From Acaryochloris thomasi RCC1774 (GTDB taxonomy: Bacteria; Cyanobacteriota; Cyanobacteriia; Thermosynechococcales; Thermosynechococcaceae), in contig NZ_PQWO01000035.1 in assembly GCF_003231495.1 (NCBI RefSeq), positions 1,232 through 33,231 on the forward strand: a stretch of 32,000 nucleotides of DNA. The letters are read 5' to 3'. The position numbers were made by a program, and so were the translations under genes. Positions 17,496 through 26,404 of this stretch are shown piece after piece. Every line of letters starts with the position of its first letter. The first letter of the stretch is position 1. A model generated the notes under the pieces. The model worked only from the letters and a program-made list of their open reading frames with translations, was not told where the DNA came from and searched no databases.

Positions 17496-18117
17496 GATCT
17501 ACTCTCAACTTTTGTGGGTAAACCTCCGTGGAGAATTGAATTTCTTCCAGAGGTATGAGAGTTCTACACCTAAAATTTATATTCCTAACTTGCCTACTAC
17601 TGTAGGGTTATGATAATTAAATATCTGTTAGTGGGCTAAACTATACGTTAAAAAAATCTATGCAAACTATATTTCTAAAGTTGTTATAGGCTCTTTTGCG
17701 TGAACTCTCTGTATTTTTATTCTTCCACAATAAAAAATAGATTAATCAGTGATTTTACTGAAAATTTGAGGAGTTTGGGGGTAGGAATTTAAACTTTCTT
17801 GAAGGGCTCGCGAACTCTAGGGAATAAAAATTGTAGTCACATTGGCTTAGGCCCTAGGACGATGCTTTGTTTAGGTTCCGTTGAATGGAGTGAAATTTGC
17901 TAAAGATAAGGGGCGCTTTCTAGTTCGCCCTTTGCTGTGGTGGGGTTTGTGTCTTTCAGAACGCACCGCTCTAGATTCTTGGGAATCTGTTTCCACAATT
18001 GATTGTTTGGCGATGTGAGATGGTTGATCTGTTCCCTGGCAGCTCTTTTGCTTGACACAGGATGAATGGATTGCCCCCTAAGGCTTTTGAGGGTTCTCCA
18101 ATATTGACTTGGATGGT

Positions 18118-18735
18118 TTACTTCTGTTTTTTCAGCTTCTTCATCCGCTTTTCTAAAACTTCCGGATCCTCTCGGAGGGACTGTGCAACAGTGTTGATAG
18201 TCTCTTCTACCTCGCTGATGGGGAGTTGGTCGTCGGCTTCAAATGCGATCGCAACTTTATGCCCAGCTGCGAGGGGCACCAGATAAATTTCTGTAGTGAT
18301 GAACCCGCTCTGATTTCGCTGGATTTGCAGTTCACCCGTTACCGGCCGCTCAAAAAAGCGTCGCTGTGGATAGTTGGTCGACGGCGAATTGATGCCTAAG
18401 AAAAAATACTTCACATAGTTTATTAATTCCGCATCCTCCATATTCAAGAAGGAAAGTGTGTCTGGCGTGAGAGGCAAAACTCTGACCGTGATTCGTCGAT
18501 CGTCAGAGACCACGCCTACCGTATCGTTTTTGAGCGCTTGCACCTCAGAAAAACCTGTCGGCGTTTCAAAAATGAGCCCCCGGGCCTGATGGACTTGCCG
18601 GTTATCAGAGTGGGCAACCGTTACTTCGGTCTGCTCCTGCTGCGACTCCTGGAGTGGTTGGGCCACAGCAGGCATCGCCGCCGCGACCAGTAGGCCGCAC
18701 AGTAAAACAGGAAACTTGGGTAAGCGGTTCATCAT
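18118..18735 (-). CDS. Hypothetical secreted protein
   Basis: 205 aa with the signal peptide 'MMNRLPKFPVLLCGLLVAAAMPAVAQP' and a Lys-rich C-terminus. I recognise no family motif. Confidence 0.6.
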   Translation of the reverse strand: MMNRLPKFPVLLCGLLVAAAMPAVAQPLQESQQEQTEVTVAHSDNRQVHQARGLIFETPTGFSEVQALKNDTVGVVSDDRRITVRVLPLTPDTLSFLNMEDAELINYVKYFFLGINSPSTNYPQRRFFERPVTGELQIQRNQSGFITTEIYLVPLAAGHKVAIAFEADDQLPISEVEETINTVAQSLREDPEVLEKRMKKLKKQK

Positions 18736-18764
18736 TTAGACACCTAACGCGGGAACTAGGGCAG

Positions 18765-20153
18765 TTAAATCATCTCCTCAGGCCGAACATAGCGATTAAA
18801 CTCTTCGGCAGTGAGCAAATCCAGAGCAATACAGGTCTCTTGTAAAGTCTTCCCTTCTGCATGGGCTTTTTTAGCAACCTCAGCTGCTTTGTCATATCCA
18901 ATATGAGGCGTTAGAGCCGTCACTAACATCAGAGAACGATCTAGATAAGCTTGAATCTGTCCTTGATTGGCCTTGATCCCCACCACTAGATACTGGGTGA
19001 ACGCGCCACAGGCATCCGCCAGTAATCGTACAGAATGTAACAGGTTATGAATAATGACCGGCTTAAAAACGTTGAGTTCTAAATTGCCCTGGCTCCCAGC
19101 CAAGCCAATGGCTGCATCATTACCGATCACCTGCACACACACCATCGTCATCGCTTCACACTGCGTGGGGTTAACCTTCCCCGGCATGATCGAAGATCCT
19201 GGCTCATTAGCGGGTAGATTTAGTTCTCCAAGGCCACAGCGTGGACCTGAGGCCAGCCAGCGGAGATCGTTGGCAATCTTCATCAGAGAGCAAGCTAGCG
19301 TCTTTAAGGTGCCACTCGCCATCACCAACGCATCATGGGCCGCAAGGGCCGCGAATTTATTCGGGGCGGTGACAAATAGCAGGCCCGTGAGGTCAGCAAT
19401 CTGAGTTGCCACTTGGACCGCGAATTCAGGATGAGCATTGAGGCCCGTGCCCACCGCCGTACCGCCTAAAGCCAGGGGATATAGCTCAGGTAAAACCGTC
19501 TGGAGTCGATTCAGGTTTTGATCAAGCTGAGCTACATAGCCCGAGAATTCCTGCCCCAATGTTAAAGGGACTGCATCCATTAGATGAGTACGGCCAATTT
19601 TGACGATGTCTTGAAAAGCTGCCGAACGTTCTGAGAGGGCGTCTCGCAGCTGCGTCACTTTTGGGATCAGGTGGCGCAGATCTTCCGCTGCTGCGATATG
19701 CATCGCGGTTGGGAAGGCATCGTTGGAAGATTGGGACAGATTGACGTGATCGTTGGGATGCACAGGCGTCTTGCTGCCGAGGACGCCCCCCGCCATTTCG
19801 ATAGCGCGATTGGCGATCACCTCATTGGCGTTCATGTTGGACTGGGTGCCGCTTCCGGTTTGCCAAATCCGTAGCGGAAACTGCTGGTCGTGCTGGCCCT
19901 GTGCTACTTCTGCGGCGGCTGCAATAATCAGTGGGGCGATTTCGGGCGGTAGCTTGCCCAAAGATTGATTGACAATAGCGGATGCCTGTTTGGTGATCCC
20001 CAAGGCTCGGATCATGCTGCTGGACAGGCGATCAAAACCAATATCAAAGTGCTGCAGCGATCGCTGGGTCTGTGCTCCCCAGTAGCAGTCGCAAGGTACA
20101 GCGATGGTCCCCATACTGTCCGTTTCGAGGCGGGTCTCAACTTGAGCCGTCAT
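18765..20153 (-). CDS. fumC: Fumarate hydratase, class II
   Basis: Contains the '[15 protein letters not shown]' fumarate-lyase signature, '[14 protein letters not shown]' and '[14 protein letters not shown]'. Length is 462 aa. Confidence 0.95.
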   Translation of the reverse strand: MTAQVETRLETDSMGTIAVPCDCYWGAQTQRSLQHFDIGFDRLSSSMIRALGITKQASAIVNQSLGKLPPEIAPLIIAAAAEVAQGQHDQQFPLRIWQTGSGTQSNMNANEVIANRAIEMAGGVLGSKTPVHPNDHVNLSQSSNDAFPTAMHIAAAEDLRHLIPKVTQLRDALSERSAAFQDIVKIGRTHLMDAVPLTLGQEFSGYVAQLDQNLNRLQTVLPELYPLALGGTAVGTGLNAHPEFAVQVATQIADLTGLLFVTAPNKFAALAAHDALVMASGTLKTLACSLMKIANDLRWLASGPRCGLGELNLPANEPGSSIMPGKVNPTQCEAMTMVCVQVIGNDAAIGLAGSQGNLELNVFKPVIIHNLLHSVRLLADACGAFTQYLVVGIKANQGQIQAYLDRSLMLVTALTPHIGYDKAAEVAKKAHAEGKTLQETCIALDLLTAEEFNRYVRPEEMI

Positions 20154-20755
20154 CTATGATTGTCCTCTGCCTTTACGGGTCGATCGTACAACCCTCAGAG
20201 CTGAGATTGAGAACTAGAGGATGCCAATTCTCTGATCCGGCTTGGGCATAGGCACAGCGGGATGGTCTACTGGCGGCGGAAAGTCCGATGCAAAGCAAGG
20301 CGAGCAGTGCTACGGTCATGTGCCCCGTCCAGCCTGGATGCTGGCGCGGATGATGGCTCCGCAAACGGAAGAAACTATTCATAGCTTTGTGCGTGAATGT
20401 GAGCACTGATTGTATAGATGATTCGTCAATCAGTGAGCGAGAGTGCTGGAGTGATGTGATTGTGAGAGACGGTTCTAAGTCTGGGGGAGATTCACTGCTG
20501 TCTAGAGTATGCCCATACCAGGCTGCTAGCGGACATTTTTATTTTATGAGAGTTTGTGTGCTGTGCTTATGGCAGTGATAGATATCGCTAAAAAGCAGAA
20601 TTGAGGCTTGCATGATCGGGCAGAATCGTCCATCATGTCGGCGATGGCTCAGAATCTAGAGTGCTAAAGCATTTTTTGGTGACTTGGAGGAACCTATCGG
20701 TAGGGCGCATCAGTCTGGTTGTCAGTGGCTTAGCCATGAAGCTTATAAAGGTCGG

Positions 20756-21805
20756 ATGCCTGTGAAAATTGCGTGGATAGCGTTAGTGGCTCTTGGGGTT
20801 GTCAGCGGTGCTGATGCCGCGTGGGCGGGCAAACTGACCTACTGGCGTTTTAATAGCCAGCAAAGCCGGGTGGATTTGATTACGGATACGGGCACAAAAC
20901 CGAAGGCTGTTGTCATTCATAACCCCACTCGTCTGATTATTGATTTACCCAATACATCTATTAGAAAGAAAAAAAGACAGAAGCGGATTAGCGAATACGT
21001 TAAAGAAGTACGCGTTGCCCAGTTCAGCAAATGGACCACGCGTGTTGTCGTGGAATTGGATAAGGATTACTCTCTTCGAGCTGATCAGGTTAAGGTGCGG
21101 GGCCTCGCTCCCAATCGCTGGTATGTCCAGCTGCCTAAATTTTTGGCCATTCGTGATCTCAATCGCAAAGCTTTAATTACAAGATCCGTTACAGTGCCGC
21201 AGCCAAAGCTCCCGCAGCCAACGGTCTCTGCGGGCGGTTCTTCAGCTCCGATTGCGGTAAAGCCGGGGGCAAAGGTGGTCCTCATTGATCCGGGGCATGG
21301 GGGGCGTGATCCCGGTGCTGTGGGTCGAGGAGGGCTGCAGGAAAAGCGGGTGGTTCTGCCGGTTTCGTTGAGGGTTGTGGAAGAACTGCGGCGACGGGGT
21401 GTCAATGCCCAGCTCACGCGTAGCTCAGATCAGACGGTTGATTTAGCGCCTCGCGTCCGTAAGGCAGAAGGTCTAAATGCAGATATATTTGTGAGCATTC
21501 ACGCCAATGCGATTAGCTTGAGCCGCCCAGAGATCAATGGTCTGGAAACGTTCTATTACCAAACGGGAAGCAGGCTGGCGAGTAATATCCACCGCAGTAT
21601 TCTGCAATCGGTCAATGTTAAAGACCGGCGAATTCGCCAGGCTCGATTCTATGTCCTCCGCAAGACGTCGATGCCTGCAGTGTTGGTGGAGCTGGGGTAC
21701 GTGACGGGGAGTACCGATGCACCTCGTCTAGCGACAAAGGCCCATCAGGATCAGCTGGCAGTTGCGATCGCAAACGGCGTGATCAACTACATCCAAGGCC
21801 GATAG
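20756..21805 (+). CDS. N-acetylmuramoyl-L-alanine amidase with N-terminal AMIN domain (AmiC-like)
   Basis: The signal peptide is 'MPVKIAWIALVALGVVSGADA'. The AMIN-like region is 'RVDLITDT...PTRLIIDLPNT...RVVVEL'. The Amidase_3 motifs are 'IDPGHGGRDPGA', 'SIHANA' and 'ARFYVLRKTSMPAVLVELGY'. I chose ATG 20756. Confidence 0.85.
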   Translation: MPVKIAWIALVALGVVSGADAAWAGKLTYWRFNSQQSRVDLITDTGTKPKAVVIHNPTRLIIDLPNTSIRKKKRQKRISEYVKEVRVAQFSKWTTRVVVELDKDYSLRADQVKVRGLAPNRWYVQLPKFLAIRDLNRKALITRSVTVPQPKLPQPTVSAGGSSAPIAVKPGAKVVLIDPGHGGRDPGAVGRGGLQEKRVVLPVSLRVVEELRRRGVNAQLTRSSDQTVDLAPRVRKAEGLNADIFVSIHANAISLSRPEINGLETFYYQTGSRLASNIHRSILQSVNVKDRRIRQARFYVLRKTSMPAVLVELGYVTGSTDAPRLATKAHQDQLAVAIANGVINYIQGR

Positions 21806-21807
21806 CG

Positions 21808-22272
21808 CTAATAGTCAGCTCTCTTCATCGCCCGCTGCATCTCACGCTTATCCTGACGCTCCTTCACCGCCTCTCGCTTATCGTGGAGTTTCTTACCGCG
21901 CGCGAGAGCAATTTCCACCTTCATCCAGCCTCGCTTGGCGTATAGCTTCGTGGGTACGAGCGTTAACCCCTTCTGCTCCGTTTTACCGATCAGCTTACTA
22001 ATCTCTTGCTTGTGCATCAGTAGTCGACGCTTACGTCGGGGTTCATGATTAAACGCCTGCCCCACATTACTCAGTGGAGAAATATGTACATTCATCAACC
22101 AAGCTTCGCCCTTCCAAATACTGGCAAAGCCATCCCTGAGATTCACCCGACCCGCTCGGATAGATTTGACCTCAGTCCCTGTTAGCTCAATTCCAGCCTC
22201 AAACGTTTCCATAATTTCATAGAGAAAACGGGCCTGACGATTATCGCTAATTAACTTATAAGACTCACTCAT
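21808..22272 (-). CDS. smpB: SsrA-binding protein
   Basis: 154 aa. 'ISDNRQARFLYEI...FEAGIELTGTEVKSIR' and 'HEPRRKRRLLMHKQEI' are typical of SmpB. Confidence 0.93.
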   Translation of the reverse strand: MSESYKLISDNRQARFLYEIMETFEAGIELTGTEVKSIRAGRVNLRDGFASIWKGEAWLMNVHISPLSNVGQAFNHEPRRKRRLLMHKQEISKLIGKTEQKGLTLVPTKLYAKRGWMKVEIALARGKKLHDKREAVKERQDKREMQRAMKRADY

Positions 22273-22379
22273 ACTCTTATCTTAGCGTGGCCTGAACGAT
22301 ACTGACTTCCATCTCAAAAGCCTTAGGGTAAACGCTGGTAGCATGGTGAAGAACGCAATTACATTTAGATCAAGTTCTT

Positions 22380-22697
22380 ATGGCTGCAGCAGTAATCAAG
22401 TTTTCCTCTGAAGACTGTGGAATCTGTCACAAGATGTCCTTTTACGATCAGAAAGTCACCGAAGAATTGGGACTGGAATTTGTAGATGTCAAAATGCAGG
22501 ATACCGAAACTTACCGCAAATACCGCAAAGTTTTGCTGTCCCAGTACCCCGATAAATCAGAGATGGGCTGGCCCACTTATATTATTTGCGACAACCCCAA
22601 TGCCGATTTTCAGATCTTGGGCGAAGTGAAAGGCGGACATCCGAAGGGCGAGTTTAGAAGTCGGCTGCAGGCCGTTATTGCTGGAGGTAATGGGTAA
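22380..22697 (+). CDS. Thioredoxin-fold protein with CxxC motif
   Basis: 105 aa with 'FSSEDCGICHKM' (CGIC) near the N-terminus and 'GWPTYII' (cis-Pro loop-like). This is a fold-level call only. Confidence 0.5.
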   Translation: MAAAVIKFSSEDCGICHKMSFYDQKVTEELGLEFVDVKMQDTETYRKYRKVLLSQYPDKSEMGWPTYIICDNPNADFQILGEVKGGHPKGEFRSRLQAVIAGGNG

Positions 22698-22760
22698 CAG
22701 ATGGTCGATTACTGAAACGCCTTCTCCCTTACCTGACACCCACGACCTCTACGCTAAACC

Positions 22761-24215
22761 ATGCCATCAACAACAAAGCTCTACTCTTCACGATCTCGCT
22801 CCAGTCACCGTCTGAGTAGAGTCTTTGTAAAGATTATGGCGCTGGTGGCAGCCGTTGATCTAGGCGTCGTTTTTTTTGATTACACCTATATTTCCATGCG
22901 GGATATCTACCTATCCCGCTTTCCCTGGATTGCTCAGCAGTATGATCCCATCAAAGCCATTGAACCCTATCGAGACACACAGCAATATCTCAACGTTGTA
23001 GAGACACTGAAACAGGCAGGACCGCAGCCCAGTGCTGAACGCAATGCGATCTTGGCCGATTTACGCGATCGCAGCCTCGAAATGATCGTAGAGAATCCCT
23101 TTGAAGCTGCCAACAAATCGGGCACCCTCGAAAAAATCAAGAATCGGATGCGGGACTACCAACCTAACCCAGAAGATTCCTCAAAACAGGCATTTCAAGA
23201 GTTCTGGTCCGCCGAACGTCTCACCCCTCAAAACTGGGCATCAGAGCTAGCATTTTTTGACAAAAAAATTAGCCCCCTGATTGCCTCCAACTACTATCGC
23301 CCCATCGCTGAGAATAACCTACCCGTCGATTATTTCTGGCGTATTGACCTCATTTTTATCGGCATTTTTGGTATTGAGTTGCTGCTGCGGACCCTTTACC
23401 TCAGCCGCCGTAATGATATGACCTGGCGAGATGCCATCCTGTGGCGATGGTATGACCTGCTGCTGCTGCTGCCGTTCTGGCGGTTGTTGAGGGTCATTCC
23501 CGTGGCGCTGCGCCTCCATCAGGCGCGCTTCATCGATCTCAGTAGAGCGCAAATACTGATGAATCGTTTCCTCGCAGAGAACATTGCCGGAGAGGTGACT
23601 GAGCTAGCCATCATCCAAGGGATTACCGTCGCTCAAACCTCCATTGAGCAAGGAGCCATTCGAGAGTGGCTATCGGTCGCAGCCGCACCCACCGTTGAAA
23701 TCAACGACGTCAATGAGATTGATGAGTTAATCAATCAAGTTCTAACGCTGACCGTGCGTCGCGTCTTGCCTACCATTCAATCTGACCTAGAAATTCTCCT
23801 TCGCCACGCAACCACCGAAGCCCTTGCAGGGCTGCCCTTCTATCGCGAGGTACAGAGGCTACCGGGCGTAGGGCAGTTGCCAACCGAGATTGCCAATCAG
23901 GTGATTCACCAAGTCACTCAAGCAGCCTACGGCGGTTTAGATCAAGCCCTCTCCGATCAGGAAGGTCGGCTACTGTTCAACAATCTTGCAGAGCAATTTA
24001 CGCGCTCCTTGCGAGCAGAACTACAGGACCGCCAGACCTTAAATAAACTACAGTCGCTACTGTCTGATCTGCTAGAAGAAACAAAACTGACCATTATCAA
24101 ACGCTTAGAGACGGAAGATATCGATCGCACAATCGTTCAGGCTCAAGAGCTGCGACAAACGGATTCAGAGAAGAAAAAACTGCCCACCGTTGAAGTGATT
24201 TCCCCTTCTCGATAA
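22761..24215 (+). CDS. Hypothetical membrane protein with voltage-sensor-like helices and a long helical C-terminal domain
   Basis: 484 aa. Three segments look like channel helices: 'YFWRIDLIFIGIFGIELLLRTLY' (S2-like), 'WRWYDLLLLLPF' (S3-like) and 'WRLLRVIPVALRLHQARF' (S4-like, Arg-rich). No pore-forming S5-P-S6 segment follows. Confidence 0.6.
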   Translation: MPSTTKLYSSRSRSSHRLSRVFVKIMALVAAVDLGVVFFDYTYISMRDIYLSRFPWIAQQYDPIKAIEPYRDTQQYLNVVETLKQAGPQPSAERNAILADLRDRSLEMIVENPFEAANKSGTLEKIKNRMRDYQPNPEDSSKQAFQEFWSAERLTPQNWASELAFFDKKISPLIASNYYRPIAENNLPVDYFWRIDLIFIGIFGIELLLRTLYLSRRNDMTWRDAILWRWYDLLLLLPFWRLLRVIPVALRLHQARFIDLSRAQILMNRFLAENIAGEVTELAIIQGITVAQTSIEQGAIREWLSVAAAPTVEINDVNEIDELINQVLTLTVRRVLPTIQSDLEILLRHATTEALAGLPFYREVQRLPGVGQLPTEIANQVIHQVTQAAYGGLDQALSDQEGRLLFNNLAEQFTRSLRAELQDRQTLNKLQSLLSDLLEETKLTIIKRLETEDIDRTIVQAQELRQTDSEKKKLPTVEVISPSR

Positions 24216-24345
24216 AACTTCATCTCACAACAGCTCTTGTCTCAAGGAAAATACAGATTTGTAGCAGCCTGCGCTAAACTGAAAAGCGTTAGGATTGCAC
24301 CCTCGTGCGCTTCTATCTCAAGTCTCGCCAAAATAAAGTGTGAGG

Positions 24346-24369
24346 AGTGGGTTACAGCCCGCTTTTTTT
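24346..24369 (+). terminator. Intrinsic terminator-like hairpin plus U7 tract in the leader of rimP-nusA-infB
   Basis: The stem pairs agtggg (24346-24351) with cccgct (24358-24363, one G-U pair) around the loop ttacag. A T7 run follows at 24363-24369. It lies 25 nt upstream of the rimP ATG. Confidence 0.4.
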
Positions 24370-24393
24370 ATTGACTGCCAATTATCAGATTTA

Positions 24394-24855
24394 ATGTCCC
24401 ATCCCGTTATTCCTCAAGTATTGGCCCTCGCAAAGCCAGTAGCAAAAGCTCTAGAGCTAGAGATAGTCGATGCTGTGTATCACACGCATCAGCAGCCCCC
24501 GACCTTGAGGGTCGATGTTCGCAGTTGTAAAGAAGACACCAACCTTGAAGACTGTGAGCGCATGAGCCGATCCTTGGAAACGGCTCTAGATGAAGCTGAT
24601 GTGATGCCAGAGGCCTACGTCTTAGAGATTTCTAGTCCGGGTGTATCAGAGTTTTTGACCCAAGATCGAGACTTTACTGCCTTCCGCAGCTTTCCCGTTG
24701 CGGTACAAACCAACGAACCCTTCAAAGGACATCAGGTCTGGACTGGAACGCTGACCAGCCGGGATCAAGATTGGATTCATCTCAATCAGAAAGGGCGCTC
24801 AGTGTCTATCCCTCGCGCACTCGTTTCACAGGTGCAGCTTCAAGACCCACCTTAA
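24394..24855 (+). CDS. rimP: Ribosome maturation factor RimP
   Basis: It sits immediately upstream of nusA. 'EAYVLEISSPGVSEFLTQDRDFTAFRSFPVAV' is the RimP core. I chose ATG 24394 because the longer track ORF would read through the terminator-like hairpin. Confidence 0.85.
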   Translation: MSHPVIPQVLALAKPVAKALELEIVDAVYHTHQQPPTLRVDVRSCKEDTNLEDCERMSRSLETALDEADVMPEAYVLEISSPGVSEFLTQDRDFTAFRSFPVAVQTNEPFKGHQVWTGTLTSRDQDWIHLNQKGRSVSIPRALVSQVQLQDPP

Positions 24856-24928
24856 CTTTGGCCGATTCTTCAGACTTCAAAAATTCAGCCAGCCGCCCAA
24901 CGATCCTTTACTTGCACGGAGATAGCCT

Positions 24929-26224
24929 ATGTCAATGGTTCAACTGCCTGGTCTAGCAGAAATGATCAACACCATCAGTCGTGAGCGTAATCTCCCGAAA
25001 CACGCCGTAGAGGCCGCTCTACAGGAAGCATTGCTCAAAGGCTACGAACGCTACCGGCGCACACTCCTGCTGGATACATTCATGCAGTTCGAAGAAGGAT
25101 ATTTCGAAAACTTTGATGTTGAACTCGATATTGAAGAAGAAGGTTTTTTAGTATTAGCGACCAAAACTATTATTGCTGAGGTTGAAAATCCTGACCATCA
25201 GATTGCCTTAGCAGAAGTATTAGAAGTGGCACCAGAAGCGCAAGCAGGCGACACCGTTGTTTTAGATGTCACGCCTGACCAAGGCGATTTTGGTCGGATG
25301 GCTGCGATTCAAACTAAGCAAGTTCTATCTCAGAAGTTACGTGACCAGCAGCGAAAGCTCATCCAAGAAGAATTCCAGGACTTAGAGAAAACGGTTCTGC
25401 AGGCACGGGTGCTTCGCTTTGAAAGACGTTCGGTGATCATGGCAATTACCTCTGGTTTTGGACAGCCAGAAGTGGAAGCTGAGCTATCTAAGCGGGAGCA
25501 GTTACCCAACGATAACTATCGAGCCAACGCGACCTTTAAAGTATTCCTAAAGCGAGTTGCAGATGGCCCCCATAGAGGCCCGCAACTTGTTGTTTCTAGG
25601 GCTGATGCAGGCCTAGTCGTCTATCTATTTGCCAACGAAGTACCCGAAATTGAAGACGAAGTCGTCCGCATTGTTGCGGTGGCGCGTGAAGCCAACCCTC
25701 CTTCTCGTCAGGTAGGGCCTAGGACAAAAATTGCAGTGGACACATTGGAAAGAGATGTCGATCCGGTGGGTGCCTGCATCGGTGCTCGTGGCTCGCGGAT
25801 TCAGGCCGTTGTCAATGAGTTGCGAGGCGAGAAAATCGACGTCATTCGTTGGTCACCAGACCCTGCCACCTACATTTCCAATGCTCTCAGTCCGGCTCGT
25901 GTCGATGCCGTTGTTTTAGCCAATACCGAAGATCGTCAGGCCCATGTCCTCGTGGCTGAAGATCAGCTGAGTTTGGCGATTGGTAAAGAGGGACAGAACG
26001 TTAGGCTCGCGGCTCGCTTGACGGGTTGGAAGATTGATATTAAGGATAGTGCGAAATATGAGCTTGATGCTGAATTTGGTGCAGCTGACGACACGTCTGC
26101 AGAAGAAGAACTGGAAACAGAGCCTCAGACAGAGCTAGGCAGTGAAGGGGAGGCCTCCAGCATGAGTGCTGAAGCTGAGGAAGTGGTTGAGGACGTTGTA
26201 GAACCCGTTGGAGATGAAGGATGA
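24929..26224 (+). CDS. nusA: Transcription termination/antitermination factor NusA
   Basis: The N-terminus is 'LPGLAEMINTISRERNLP'. It has an S1 region, KH motifs 'CIGARGSRIQAV' and 'AIGKEGQNVRLAARLTGWKIDI', and an acidic tail. Confidence 0.95.
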   Translation: MSMVQLPGLAEMINTISRERNLPKHAVEAALQEALLKGYERYRRTLLLDTFMQFEEGYFENFDVELDIEEEGFLVLATKTIIAEVENPDHQIALAEVLEVAPEAQAGDTVVLDVTPDQGDFGRMAAIQTKQVLSQKLRDQQRKLIQEEFQDLEKTVLQARVLRFERRSVIMAITSGFGQPEVEAELSKREQLPNDNYRANATFKVFLKRVADGPHRGPQLVVSRADAGLVVYLFANEVPEIEDEVVRIVAVAREANPPSRQVGPRTKIAVDTLERDVDPVGACIGARGSRIQAVVNELRGEKIDVIRWSPDPATYISNALSPARVDAVVLANTEDRQAHVLVAEDQLSLAIGKEGQNVRLAARLTGWKIDIKDSAKYELDAEFGAADDTSAEEELETEPQTELGSEGEASSMSAEAEEVVEDVVEPVGDEG

Positions 26225-26404
26225 CGTTGGGCTATGTTATAGCTAGACGTCAGCAGAGACGCAAATGGTTGATAATGGTTTAGGGCTAACCTAAATCAGG
26301 ATTCATAGGTATTTCTGTTGAACCACCCATAACGATCCGTTATCCCACGAAAAGTAACAGGTGGCACTATGTAGAATCAATTACAAGGCAAGAGGGGCAA
26401 GTGG

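Noticed and set aside
20173-20406. 77-aa ORF (or a 48-aa version from ATG 20319 with a signal-peptide-like 'MTVALLALLCIGLSAA') just upstream of fumC, plus a perfect 9-bp inverted repeat, cactgattg...caatcagtg, at about 20404-20440
   Set aside because: There is no homology signal, the lipobox is non-canonical and the start is GTG. The inverted repeat may be regulatory for the fumC or amidase divergent region, but I cannot assign it.
20387-20578. 63-aa Cys-rich plus-strand ORF in the fumC-amidase intergenic region
   Set aside because: It has no SD and odd composition, and it lies in a divergent promoter region. It is probably non-coding.
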